This document shows, one piece after another, positions 19,181-28,984 of a stretch of 52,545 nt of DNA (positions within the stretch are counted from its first letter, which is position 1; each line of letters starts with the position of its first letter). The DNA comes from a virus. Its lineage: Duplodnaviria; Caudoviricetes. The translations under genes were made by a program, and so were the position numbers. The notes beneath the pieces are model-generated. The model did not search any database. It was not told where the DNA came from and was given only the letters and a program-made list of their open reading frames with translations. The stretch covers positions 1-52,545 of the IMG/VR virus record IMGVR_UViG_3300036715_003055. One strand, 5' to 3'.

Positions 19181-20176
19181 ATGTATTTTTATTTTAAAAA
19201 AGATGACGGTAAACAAAAAAATAGACAATCAAAAGATTTTGGTGATATATCTAATATACAAACAGATGTAAATATTGACTCAGAAAAATGGGATAAAATA
19301 TTTCATAACTGGGACCATCCAGAAAAATGTGCCGGTAAACAAAAACCACAAGGTTGTAAAATTTGTGATAAATTAATGAATATGGAGTATGTGGTGAATA
19401 ATAATAAAATTTATAATACAACAATATTAATTGTTGGTGACATACACGGACAGCTAAATAGAGTAAAAGAACTAGCTGAACAATTTAAAATAAACACAGT
19501 AATTAGTACAGGCGATTTAGAAATTTATACGTCATTAGAAGAAATATCATCTGATAAAAAAGCTATAAAAGATAGAAGTGATGACTTATTAAAAAATTAT
19601 ACTTCTATAAATAAAAATATACTTCAGCCATTATCATTTAAATTATTTTGTGTTAAAGGAAATCATGATGTATATTCAACTGAATCAATTAAACAATTAG
19701 AAACCTACAATATTTTTTATCCAGAAAATGGTAAATCGGGAGAGCTAATAACTGTTAATGGGGCCAATATTTTAGTATTTGGTGGAATTTTTTCTAAAAA
19801 TAATTTTAACGCTTATCCTGAAGAATTAGAAGATACAAAGAAAAAATATTTTACCCAAAATGAAATTAATTCTATTTTGGAAAAAATGAATAACACTAAT
19901 ATTGATTTGCTAATAACTCATCAAGTAGCGGCAAACATAATAGAAAACACTGGACATATAAAACATGAAGAAGGCAATAAAAACTTAAATGTACTTTTAG
20001 ATAATTTAAATCCAAATATTTACATACACGGTCATCATCATATAACATATAAGAAAAATTATATTAATAGTAATAATAAAATTATTAATGTATTCGGGCT
20101 TGGTAATTTAAGTTCTAACCCCAATTCATATATATTATATGAAACCCTGTCTAAAAAGGTTATCCAATCATGTTAG
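19181..20176 (+). CDS. Calcineurin-like metallophosphoesterase with N-terminal extension
   Basis: GDIHG, TGD, KGNHD, THQ, HGHHH. Start at ATG 19181 after GAGG. Confidence 0.85.
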   Translation: MYFYFKKDDGKQKNRQSKDFGDISNIQTDVNIDSEKWDKIFHNWDHPEKCAGKQKPQGCKICDKLMNMEYVVNNNKIYNTTILIVGDIHGQLNRVKELAEQFKINTVISTGDLEIYTSLEEISSDKKAIKDRSDDLLKNYTSINKNILQPLSFKLFCVKGNHDVYSTESIKQLETYNIFYPENGKSGELITVNGANILVFGGIFSKNNFNAYPEELEDTKKKYFTQNEINSILEKMNNTNIDLLITHQVAANIIENTGHIKHEEGNKNLNVLLDNLNPNIYIHGHHHITYKKNYINSNNKIINVFGLGNLSSNPNSYILYETLSKKVIQSC

Positions 20177-20967
20177 ATAAATATTTAAAGGACATAAGAA
20201 AATTCGACCCATTAACAAAAAAAGAAGAGCTAGAATTATTTGAAAAAGCTAAAAATGGTGACAAATTGGCTAGAGAAAAAATAATAAATTGTAATTTACG
20301 CTTTGTTGTTCAAATAGCCAGGGAATACCAAAATCAAGGGTTAGCTTTAGAAGAATTAATTCAAGAAGGTAATTTAGGTCTGTTAAAGGCCTTTGATAAA
20401 TTTGATCTAAGTAAAGGACATAAATTTATTACTTATGCAGTTTGGTGGATACGTCAATCAATTACAAACGCTATTCATGAGCATTCACGAAGCATAAGAT
20501 TACCCTTAAATAAAATAACTAATGTCACAAAAATATCAAAACTAAAAGATAATTTAGAACAACAAGAGGCCAGACAAATTGGATATACTGAAATAAGCGA
20601 ATATTTAGAAGATCCATCCATTGTTGAGGATTTACAATTTAATTATACAATTATAAATTTAGATAAACAACAGACAGAAAATGAAAAAGACTTGAATGAT
20701 ATTATACCTGACGAAGATAATGATATTTTTGCTAGTCTTGAGCCAATAAAAGATGAACTTAAATTGATACTAAATGAATTTAATGAAAGAGAAATTAAAA
20801 TACTAAAAATGTATTTTGGAATAGACCATGTAAGACGATACACATTAAAAGAAATTGGCTATGAATTGAAATTAACTAAAGAACGAATAAGACAAATAAA
20901 AGATAAAATAATTGATAAACTACAAAAAAGAAAACGTTCTGAAAAACTAAGAGGTTATATAAAATGA
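20170..20967 (+). CDS. sigma70-family RNA polymerase sigma factor (RpoD-like, no region 1.1)
   Basis: LDKYL, NLRFVV..A..YQNQGL, EGNLGL, YAVWWIRQSI, RLPLN, TLKEIG...ERIRQI. Confidence 0.92.
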   Translation: MLDKYLKDIRKFDPLTKKEELELFEKAKNGDKLAREKIINCNLRFVVQIAREYQNQGLALEELIQEGNLGLLKAFDKFDLSKGHKFITYAVWWIRQSITNAIHEHSRSIRLPLNKITNVTKISKLKDNLEQQEARQIGYTEISEYLEDPSIVEDLQFNYTIINLDKQQTENEKDLNDIIPDEDNDIFASLEPIKDELKLILNEFNEREIKILKMYFGIDHVRRYTLKEIGYELKLTKERIRQIKDKIIDKLQKRKRSEKLRGYIK

Positions 20968-22853
20968 TGATATTTGTGGATACATATGATAAATTACAAG
21001 AATGTCTTAATTGGTTAAACGAACAAAGTTTAATAGGATTAGATACTGAAACTAATGGACTGGACCCAATAACTTCAAAAGTGTTACTAATACAAATAGG
21101 AACGGAAGTAACACAATATGTAATTGATACTTATAAATTAAAAGAACATATACCAACTTTATTAAATACATTAAATTTACCATTTTTAAAAAAAGTACTA
21201 CATAATGCTGTATTTGATTATGGTATGCTATATTCAAACTATAATTTTCAACTGGATAATTTTGTATGTACTTTAACAGCTAATAAATTATTAAATCAAG
21301 GAAGAAAAACTGAACATCATAGTCTTGCTGCATTATTAGATAAATACCTTAGTATTAAATTAGACAAAGAAACTAGAAGTAGTTTTATAGATATGAAATA
21401 TGGCGACAATTTTACAGAAGATCAAATTAAATATTCCGGACTTGATGTTAAATATCTACCTAAACTATTTGGTATAGTAAATAATTTAATTAAACTAAGA
21501 AATTTAAGTTTAGTAGCTGAGTTAGAATATGAAACAATAAAAGTTACTGCTGAGATGCAAATAAAAGGAATTTATATTGATCAAGAAAAATGGTTAGATT
21601 TGAAAAAAGAAGCAGAAGTTTTAGCAAATAATGCATTTGCTAAAGCAGAAAAATATTTTGCTCCATATTGCACAAAAGATATGTTTGGTGATTTATTATT
21701 TGACCAAAGTTTAATTAATGCTAAACAAACTAAAAAAACTGTTGGTAAACCAAAAAAAGTAAAAACTACTTTAGTTCCATTTAATATTAATTCAAATATA
21801 CAAACAAAGGCTATACTTGAAAAAATATTAGGGCATCCGTTAGATTCAACAGATAGTAAATACTTAGCTGAATTTGACCATCCAGCAATTGATGCTTTAT
21901 TAGAATATAGAAAATACTATAAACTAATAACAACTTATGGCGAAGAATTTATTACTGATAATGTTCATCCAGTAACAAAACGAATACATACTACGTTTAA
22001 GCAATTAGGTACAGAATCCGGAAGATACTCAAGTGACCATCCAAACCTACAAAATATACCGCATCAGCAATCTTATCGAACTCCTTTTTGTGTACAATCC
22101 CCAGATAGAAGGATAATAAGTGCAGATTTTTCAGCACAAGAATTAGCTTTAATTGCAAAAATTACACAAGAACCAAATTTTATTGAAGCCCTAAAAAGCG
22201 GAAAAGATGTACATTGTTATTCAGCTAGTTTACTTCATAATATACCATATGAACAGTTTTTTGATTATGATGAAAATGGTAATGTAATCGGGTTCAATAA
22301 AAAAATGAAAAAGGAGTATAGAGATCCAACTAAATCAATTACATTTGGATTAGTTTATGGTATGGGACCTGGTAAATTAGCCAAACAATTAAACATATCA
22401 TTTAGTGAAGCAAAAACATTGATAGATAAATACTTTAAAATGTTTCCACAAGTTAAAATAAAATTAAATGAATTTGTTGAAGCACTGTATAAAAACAAAT
22501 ACGCTTACTCACCATTGGATGGAAGACGCAGAGATTTTTCAGATATAGATTGGGATGATAAAAAAATAGTAAGTCATGCAGTAAATGCGGCAAAAAATTT
22601 ACCATTTCAAGGATCCGGAGCATCTATAACAAAGTTAGCTATGTGTAATATTAGAAGACGTTTTCTAAAAGAAAATTTAGATGCATTTATAATATTAACA
22701 GTTCACGATGAAGTACTTGTTGAATGCCACGAGTCGATAGCTACTACTTGTGCTAAAATTGTTGAAATTGAAATGATAGAAGCATTTAATTATTTTGCTC
22801 CTGATATTCCAATGAAAGTTGATGCGCAAATAGGCACTCATTGGATACATTAA
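20964..22853 (+). CDS. polA: Family A DNA polymerase (3'-5' exonuclease + polymerase)
   Basis: LDTET, HNAVFD, SGRYSS..PNLQNIP, ADFSAQEL, KSITFGLVYG, VHDE. Confidence 0.95.
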   Translation: MMIFVDTYDKLQECLNWLNEQSLIGLDTETNGLDPITSKVLLIQIGTEVTQYVIDTYKLKEHIPTLLNTLNLPFLKKVLHNAVFDYGMLYSNYNFQLDNFVCTLTANKLLNQGRKTEHHSLAALLDKYLSIKLDKETRSSFIDMKYGDNFTEDQIKYSGLDVKYLPKLFGIVNNLIKLRNLSLVAELEYETIKVTAEMQIKGIYIDQEKWLDLKKEAEVLANNAFAKAEKYFAPYCTKDMFGDLLFDQSLINAKQTKKTVGKPKKVKTTLVPFNINSNIQTKAILEKILGHPLDSTDSKYLAEFDHPAIDALLEYRKYYKLITTYGEEFITDNVHPVTKRIHTTFKQLGTESGRYSSDHPNLQNIPHQQSYRTPFCVQSPDRRIISADFSAQELALIAKITQEPNFIEALKSGKDVHCYSASLLHNIPYEQFFDYDENGNVIGFNKKMKKEYRDPTKSITFGLVYGMGPGKLAKQLNISFSEAKTLIDKYFKMFPQVKIKLNEFVEALYKNKYAYSPLDGRRRDFSDIDWDDKKIVSHAVNAAKNLPFQGSGASITKLAMCNIRRRFLKENLDAFIILTVHDEVLVECHESIATTCAKIVEIEMIEAFNYFAPDIPMKVDAQIGTHWIH

Positions 22854-23602
22854 TCTATAAAATAAATAAAGTTATGAGTATAATTTTAGGCATAGGATAT
22901 AAAGCACGACATGGAAAAGATTATTTGGCTACATATTTAAAAAACAAATTAAATAACTGTTTCTTACTACATTGGGCAGATAGTCTAAAAAAAGAAGTTA
23001 TGAATAAAGAAAGAACCCTACCATTAATATATACAAAAGAACATAAAGGAAATATTTATTATAATATTCTAAATAAAAATAATAACCTAATTTATTATCA
23101 CGTATTACAAGCACAAAATGTACCAACCCTACATAATATATTCATTAATAGAAATATAACTGAATATTGGGGAATGGATGGTAACGGAGATGATGAATTT
23201 AAAGATGGCCCAATGCTACAATTTTGGGGAACAGATTATAGACGAAAAATGTTCGATACAAATTGGTGGGTAAATTTAACAATGCAAGAAGCATCTGATA
23301 TTGCAGAAAAATATGATAAAAAAAATTATCCTGCAATTATAATAATTCCAGATACTCGTTTTCCAAATGAAGTCGATGCGATAAGAACAAAAAATGGTTA
23401 TTATATAAAAGTTAATAGAATTAATAAAGATGGAACACCTTATATAGATCCATCTAGAGATCCGCAACATCCATCTGAAAATAGTTTAGATGATGTTATG
23501 GGAGATTATGAAGTTACTGCAGTTAGTGGAGATCTGCAAACAATACATAACTTTGGTGATGAATTAATTAAAATACTTAAATTATCTTCATTAGTAAAAT
23601 AA
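22841..23602 (+). CDS. Deoxynucleoside monophosphate kinase
   Basis: IGYKARHGKD, ADSLK, LQFWGTD, DTRFPNE, HPSE. Alternative start ATG 22874. Confidence 0.82.
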   Translation: MDTLIYKINKVMSIILGIGYKARHGKDYLATYLKNKLNNCFLLHWADSLKKEVMNKERTLPLIYTKEHKGNIYYNILNKNNNLIYYHVLQAQNVPTLHNIFINRNITEYWGMDGNGDDEFKDGPMLQFWGTDYRRKMFDTNWWVNLTMQEASDIAEKYDKKNYPAIIIIPDTRFPNEVDAIRTKNGYYIKVNRINKDGTPYIDPSRDPQHPSENSLDDVMGDYEVTAVSGDLQTIHNFGDELIKILKLSSLVK

Positions 23603-23636
23603 AAAAAGGGAACGTGAGTTCCCTTTATTTTTTTTA
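23601..23636. terminator. Bidirectional intrinsic terminator between convergent blocks
   Basis: A-tract, GGGAAC-GTGA-GTTCCC, T-tract. Confidence 0.85.
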
Positions 23637-23645
23637 CATTAAAAA

Positions 23646-24371
23646 TTATACTATTGACGCAGGATCAATAGGTCGTATTGCAGTGCAGCGTAAGCTAACA
23701 TTTTCAACAAGGATTGTTTGTTGTGATGATATATTAAATTGATGACTTTGTACATAACATCCTTCTAAATAAAGCCCGCCGTATGCTTGCTGTTCACCAT
23801 CATATAAAACAAAACCTAACCCTAAAGGTCTGTTAAAGAATCCAGATGCCAAATTTATAAAAAATAATCCAGGAGTAGCTGTGTCTGTGGGATTATTTTT
23901 AAGATGAGCTTTTGAAGAAAAATTATCTGTTGAATCTACACCAGCTACTGGAGTAAATCCATCTACTGGGGCAACTGGTGCCTCTGTTTCATCAACAGGT
24001 ACATTATATGCTGGCATGCTAACATCAGTACTTTTACCACCCTCACCTTTAGAAACATACATTGCATACATTAAAGATGGTCCATCAAATAATACTCTAG
24101 AAATACCAGCAGAAATAATAGTTCTTCCAGGAACAAAGAAGGGTTTACGTGATCCTATTTCAAATATCTGTTGCAATTGTTTCTGTTGAGCAACAGAAAC
24201 ATTTTGTACAAGCCCTATAGGAACTAAATTAGGTGTATCTACCCCTGATAATGTAGGAGGTCCAGATACTACAACTACAGTTTCAGAAGATAGAAAATCT
24301 GCTCCTTTTACATTCTGTGACTGCACGTGCTCACTTAAAAATTGAGTTTTCCAATCATTTAAATTATACAT
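23646..24371 (-). CDS. Tail tube protein
   Basis: Immediately downstream of the sheath; beta-rich, IGLVQN...IFEIGS. SD AGGAGG. Confidence 0.7.
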   Translation of the reverse strand: MYNLNDWKTQFLSEHVQSQNVKGADFLSSETVVVVSGPPTLSGVDTPNLVPIGLVQNVSVAQQKQLQQIFEIGSRKPFFVPGRTIISAGISRVLFDGPSLMYAMYVSKGEGGKSTDVSMPAYNVPVDETEAPVAPVDGFTPVAGVDSTDNFSSKAHLKNNPTDTATPGLFFINLASGFFNRPLGLGFVLYDGEQQAYGGLYLEGCYVQSHQFNISSQQTILVENVSLRCTAIRPIDPASIV

Positions 24372-24385
24372 ATCTTAGCACCTCC

Positions 24386-26032
24386 TTAGAATGTAAGTTT
24401 TATTTTAATATAATTAACAGGATATTTAGGTAGCACATTAACTTCAGCTTCTAAAACATCTTGTTGTAATTCATTTTGGGTTACTGATAAAACTTTTAAG
24501 TCCTCAATAACACCCATGCGAACCAAAAATCTACCTACATTGAATAAAATAGAATCAACTAAGTCTATAAATGCTGGAGTTATATTATATTTTCCAATGT
24601 ACGGCTTCAAGCTTTTTCTCATAAATTTAGCTGTATAATCTAAAGCTTTTACAACACTGAGTTCACGTTTAGCAACTGAAGTAATATCAGTTGACATTTG
24701 GTGGCGGCAATAAATTGGACCAAATTCAGAATCTTGTGTCATAATCCATGTACCACCTTCAGCCATTATATTTAATTCAGCTTCACTAAATATATCTTGA
24801 GATCCGTATGTTTTTGCTAAACCACTTCCAGCTACATTTGTTAATGGTTGTTCAGGTGTTGTTCCAATAACTTGACCACATGCTTGAGCTGTATAATAAT
24901 ATCCTGGAACTGGAGCATAAACAGTAACCATTCCTGATGCACCTGCCCAATTATTAGCCATTAAATTTGTCCATACTGATTCTGTAATGTCTTGCCCAGC
25001 TTTATATTTTATACCACCGACTACTGTATCAGCCACAAATTTAGCATAAGGCCCATAAGTTGTAAAATCAATCGTAGTAGTATAATTAAAAGATTTATTT
25101 ATCCAAGACGGTTTAATAGTACTAATATGGCGGGTTTCAACAACAAAAGCTCTATCAGGGTGTATTGAATATACACGTTGAGACCCAATAGCTGAATTAG
25201 CATCACGTACAGCTGCTGCAATTGTAGCACGCTGTGTAGAAGTTAGAGTTGTCGGGTTGTCTGGATAAGAAATTACATTATTTACAAATGCAATTCTTTC
25301 TTTTTTATTTTCTGGCAAAGATTGTGTTGAACAATGAGCCTTTAAATCAGATGCTGTAATCTTATGCGTAGCCACACCTATTGCAAATATATCTTTTAAA
25401 GACAAAACATCATTTATAGCATTAATAGCATTTGATCCGGGATCGGCTGTCCATTCTACACCAAGTGCATTAAATTTTGTTCCAGAATTATTCATAGCAA
25501 TGTTAACTCCAAATGCCAATGGATTCCAAGAAACTGCTTCACCCAATAATTCTTCAATTTCAGTTGAAGATCCAATTACTTTAAATCCAACAGCATTAGG
25601 ATTTTTAGCTCTAAATCCTACCTTTACTAAAAATTCTGATGTACCTCCGGTTTCAGTCATACCACTACAAGTAATAGTATTTGTTGTTTCATTAACTGAA
25701 AAATCAGTTCCATATTTTAGATGCATTGTTTTACCTGTACTAGGGCCAGATACACCTAAAAGATCAACAATAACTAATTCACCGTCTCCAGCAACTATAT
25801 CATTATAAACTGGATTTATATCAGAAAGAGGAATGGTAACAGGGTTACCGTTAGAAACAAATTTTGTTCCCCAAACTGAATTATATAGTTGACTACCAGA
25901 ATCTTCCCAAGTAGGATCTTGCCACCAATATGCATTACCAACAATAACACCTTCTAAATCAGGTGTATTTAATACAGCTGATTTAGTTTTTTGTACTTGG
26001 CTTACCTCAACCCCTGGTTTATTATATGCCAT
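24386..26032 (-). CDS. Contractile tail sheath protein
   Basis: N-terminal YNKPGVEV; C-terminal RELSVVKALDY...YPVNYIKI typical of sheaths. Start ATG 26032 (SD GGAGGA). Confidence 0.85.
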   Translation of the reverse strand: MAYNKPGVEVSQVQKTKSAVLNTPDLEGVIVGNAYWWQDPTWEDSGSQLYNSVWGTKFVSNGNPVTIPLSDINPVYNDIVAGDGELVIVDLLGVSGPSTGKTMHLKYGTDFSVNETTNTITCSGMTETGGTSEFLVKVGFRAKNPNAVGFKVIGSSTEIEELLGEAVSWNPLAFGVNIAMNNSGTKFNALGVEWTADPGSNAINAINDVLSLKDIFAIGVATHKITASDLKAHCSTQSLPENKKERIAFVNNVISYPDNPTTLTSTQRATIAAAVRDANSAIGSQRVYSIHPDRAFVVETRHISTIKPSWINKSFNYTTTIDFTTYGPYAKFVADTVVGGIKYKAGQDITESVWTNLMANNWAGASGMVTVYAPVPGYYYTAQACGQVIGTTPEQPLTNVAGSGLAKTYGSQDIFSEAELNIMAEGGTWIMTQDSEFGPIYCRHQMSTDITSVAKRELSVVKALDYTAKFMRKSLKPYIGKYNITPAFIDLVDSILFNVGRFLVRMGVIEDLKVLSVTQNELQQDVLEAEVNVLPKYPVNYIKIKLTF

Positions 26033-26066
26033 GTGCAATATCCTCCAATAATATTAAATATTTTTT

Positions 26067-26834
26067 TTATAAAGATTGTTGTTCGTTATTTTTTTTCTTA
26101 AACGACTTTAAAATATCAACACCCATTCCAACTTCAGCCGCAGGTCTTGCAACTGTCCATAATGCTGTATCTTTTAACCCGCGTCCTATTCTGTTGGGTA
26201 TTCCGTCTGAATTTGATTGTGTCCCGTTTTCTGTTTTATTTGAAGGAAATAATGCAGATTGAATACCAAACCCAACTGGAGTTACTGACATTGCCCCAAC
26301 TTGAGCTAAAGCTCGCTTTTTTACTATTCCTTTGGCGCCATCTGCACTAGTCCCTAATATTGGTCTATCAGGAAGACCAAATTTACCTTTTAAAAATTGT
26401 TTACCATCTTTAGTTATTATATTTTTATTTGCGTCTAAATCAACAGTTTTAAATCTTGCATCTCTAAGTTGGTCTTGTACAGTTGTCCAAATATTTCCAC
26501 CAAAATTTTTTGCATTTTGAAAAAGTGTATTTTCTGTTGAAATTCCAGAACCTAAATTTCGAAAAGCTGATACTGAATCTCCAATACCTTTTTGAAGCCA
26601 TCCTGTATTTTTTAATTCGTTACCAACGGTCATAGTTCCATTATTTAATGTTTGGAAAGCTGGTGTTTTATATTTTTCTAAAGTATCTAATGCCCCCACA
26701 AAACCTTTTGCTTTATAAGCATCAGATACTTCAGACCCCCATGAAAGTAGTTTAGGTATAAAATCCGTTAGACCGGCGGTTTTTTCAAGTTCGCGAAGTT
26801 CGCTTACAAAGGCTTTAAATTGTATTTCGTTCAA
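26067..26834 (-). CDS. Putative internal head/ejection protein with K-x-A leader
   Basis: AFVSELRELEKTAG leader, followed by a Gly/Lys-rich body. Confidence 0.55.
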   Translation of the reverse strand: MNEIQFKAFVSELRELEKTAGLTDFIPKLLSWGSEVSDAYKAKGFVGALDTLEKYKTPAFQTLNNGTMTVGNELKNTGWLQKGIGDSVSAFRNLGSGISTENTLFQNAKNFGGNIWTTVQDQLRDARFKTVDLDANKNIITKDGKQFLKGKFGLPDRPILGTSADGAKGIVKKRALAQVGAMSVTPVGFGIQSALFPSNKTENGTQSNSDGIPNRIGRGLKDTALWTVARPAAEVGMGVDILKSFKKKNNEQQSL

Positions 26835-27682
26835 TTTATTGTTATCTCCAAATCTCTTAATATATCATAATAACCTAATATTTTTCCTCCATTTGGTATT
26901 GAAAAAATAGTAGGATCTGATGTTGCTATTAGTTCTACTCCTGTTACAGATTGTAAAGTTATAGCATCTGTATAATCAATTGTTATTGGGATATTTGCAT
27001 CTTTATTAAAATTTATTTTTATTGCTGTACCATTTGAAACAACTTCAAAATCTAAAGTTTCAAAAATTTCTTGGTTATTATAAAAACCATATACATTATT
27101 AAATCTTTCTGCTTTTACAATAAATTCTTGTGTTAAAAAATTTACTGTTACAGGAACTCCAATTAATCTTATTTCAGAATCAGTTCTTAAAATTGTTTCC
27201 CCGCCAATTGACATTCCTGTAAATTTAAATATTCCAGCTTTTCTTAATTCATTTGTCATTCCAGTTAATGCTACAAATATATCATTTGCAATCATCTCCG
27301 CCTGCACCCCATTTTTTGATAAAGCATTAAAAGTCACAGATCCATACAATAAATCTGTTCTAGATTCTTTTGCAAATAAATTAGCATTAAGCGGCCCACC
27401 ATGTAATGGTATAACTTCATTTTGTAAATTAACAGAATTTAACCCACTCTGCCCTCTAATAACATAACCCCAACTAACTGGATTTCGTGACAAAATTAAA
27501 GCTGGTTTTTTAGTAGCAACCCCAAGATCTATTGCATTTCTATCAGCTATTATAATTTTTGTTACTCTAACATCTTTATCCCATTTGAACTTAAATGACT
27601 CTGCAAAGTAAGCTTGAGCAAAAGTTAAAAAAACTTTTTTTATTTCTAATGGGATATTTTTATAGTTGGTTATTGAATTCAT
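26831..27682 (-). CDS. Putative tail terminator/completion protein
   Basis: Lies between neck and sheath genes; 283 aa. Confidence 0.5.
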   Translation of the reverse strand: MNSITNYKNIPLEIKKVFLTFAQAYFAESFKFKWDKDVRVTKIIIADRNAIDLGVATKKPALILSRNPVSWGYVIRGQSGLNSVNLQNEVIPLHGGPLNANLFAKESRTDLLYGSVTFNALSKNGVQAEMIANDIFVALTGMTNELRKAGIFKFTGMSIGGETILRTDSEIRLIGVPVTVNFLTQEFIVKAERFNNVYGFYNNQEIFETLDFEVVSNGTAIKINFNKDANIPITIDYTDAITLQSVTGVELIATSDPTIFSIPNGGKILGYYDILRDLEITIN

Positions 27683-27818
27683 ATATAAATTCTTCTAAAT
27701 TTTTCGTCTCTAATAAATCCTCAACTCCTTCTAAATCCCATTCAAATAGTAGTTGGTTATCAAGCTCTTCTTTTATTATATCTAATTCTTCTGGATCATC
27801 TATTCTATATACTTGCAT
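27660..27818 (-). CDS. Small highly acidic protein (52 aa)
   Basis: Not in track. MQVYRIDDPEELDIIKEELDNQLLFEWDLEGVEDLLETKNLEEFIYEFNNQL; starts 5 nt after a -10 hexamer. Confidence 0.6.
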   Translation of the reverse strand: MQVYRIDDPEELDIIKEELDNQLLFEWDLEGVEDLLETKNLEEFIYEFNNQL

Positions 27819-27823
27819 AACTA

Positions 27824-27852
27824 AATATACTTTTTATTCGATAAATAGTCAA
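27824..27852 (-). promoter_or_regulatory. sigma70-like promoter, probably leaderless
   Basis: TTGACT-N17-TATATT-N5-ATG(27818). Confidence 0.6.
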
Positions 27853-27853
27853 G

Positions 27854-28984
27854 TTAACTAAACTGTTTAATGCCTATAAAATGCGTAATATTTCCTTGTT
27901 CATCCTTAATAGGAGTAATTATTAGTTTTGTATTTATAATCCCGCCAGATTTTGTTTTATTTGTAATTGAATCAAACCACACTTCTCCTGATAATATTGT
28001 TTTCCACATTAACTCATAATATTCTTTAGAGTGTAAACCAGACTTTAATATTCTAGGGTTTTCACCAATTATTTCATCCATTGTATATCCAAGCATTTCA
28101 CAAAAAGCATTATTTGCCCAAATAATTGTACCATCTTTATCTGTAATTAACATTCCATTTTTTGCATCTAAAATTGCAGCGGAATGTAATTTTATTAATT
28201 CTTCTGACTGCTTTCTTTTTGTAATGTCAGTTATTATTCCAATTTTTTCTATTGGAACACCATCTTCATCTCTTCTGAAGACTCGTTCTCTTGCTAAAAA
28301 CCATCTATATGTACCATCTTTTATTTTTAACCTAAGTTCAAACTCATATACATCATTAGATGAGCTATTTTTTAATATCGAATTTTGCTTATTTATTTTT
28401 GGTATATCTTCAGGATGAATAATGTTATTAAACAACTTATCCTTCATATTTTTTAAATCTTCTTGAGAATACCCAAGAATATCTAAACCGGGTTCATTTA
28501 TAAATATATTGCTATTAGACCTTAAATCCTGCACATATATTATATTAGGACTTGTTGCAAGTAAATTATCAATAAACTTATTTTTATTAATTAGTATTCG
28601 TTGAGTATTTAATAATTCAGTTATATCATTCAAATGAATTATATAATAAGTATTAAATACATTTACTTTAGTAACATTTATTTCTAAATAATAATTAGAT
28701 AAAACACAGGCACTTGAAAACTTATAGCTTTCTGAATTTTCTAAAATCATTCCTAAATTAGGTGGTACATTTTTTAAAAAAGAAAAAATTTTTATAGTAT
28801 ACGCTTGTTCTGTATTTATATTTAAATATGTTAAAGCAGCTTTATTAATAGTAATTACTTTAAAATTTTTATCAAGAATTATTTTACCGACTTGAGAAAA
28901 TTCAAAAGATGTTTTATACAGCATCAACTCAGATGATATATTTTCATAAAGTTTTTTATATGAGCTATTTTCTAAATTTAACAT
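27854..28984 (-). CDS. Multi-PAS/PAC sensor protein with no output domain
   Basis: ILGYSQEDL...IIHPED...DGTYRWF...DITKRK and ANNAFCEMLGY...IGENPRILKSG...MWKTILSGEVW. Ends right after the last PAS. Confidence 0.85.
   Translation of the reverse strand: MLNLENSSYKKLYENISSELMLYKTSFEFSQVGKIILDKNFKVITINKAALTYLNINTEQAYTIKIFSFLKNVPPNLGMILENSESYKFSSACVLSNYYLEINVTKVNVFNTYYIIHLNDITELLNTQRILINKNKFIDNLLATSPNIIYVQDLRSNSNIFINEPGLDILGYSQEDLKNMKDKLFNNIIHPEDIPKINKQNSILKNSSSNDVYEFELRLKIKDGTYRWFLARERVFRRDEDGVPIEKIGIITDITKRKQSEELIKLHSAAILDAKNGMLITDKDGTIIWANNAFCEMLGYTMDEIIGENPRILKSGLHSKEYYELMWKTILSGEVWFDSITNKTKSGGIINTKLIITPIKDEQGNITHFIGIKQFS

Noticed and set aside
16128-22853. Inteins or introns in nrdJ or polA (also checked terminase)
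   Set aside because: ORFs are uninterrupted and of ordinary length, with no intein C...HN or homing-endonuclease motifs seen.
27854-28200. LOV blue-light sensor
   Set aside because: The motif is GENPRILKS, lacking the photoactive Cys of GxNCRFLQ.
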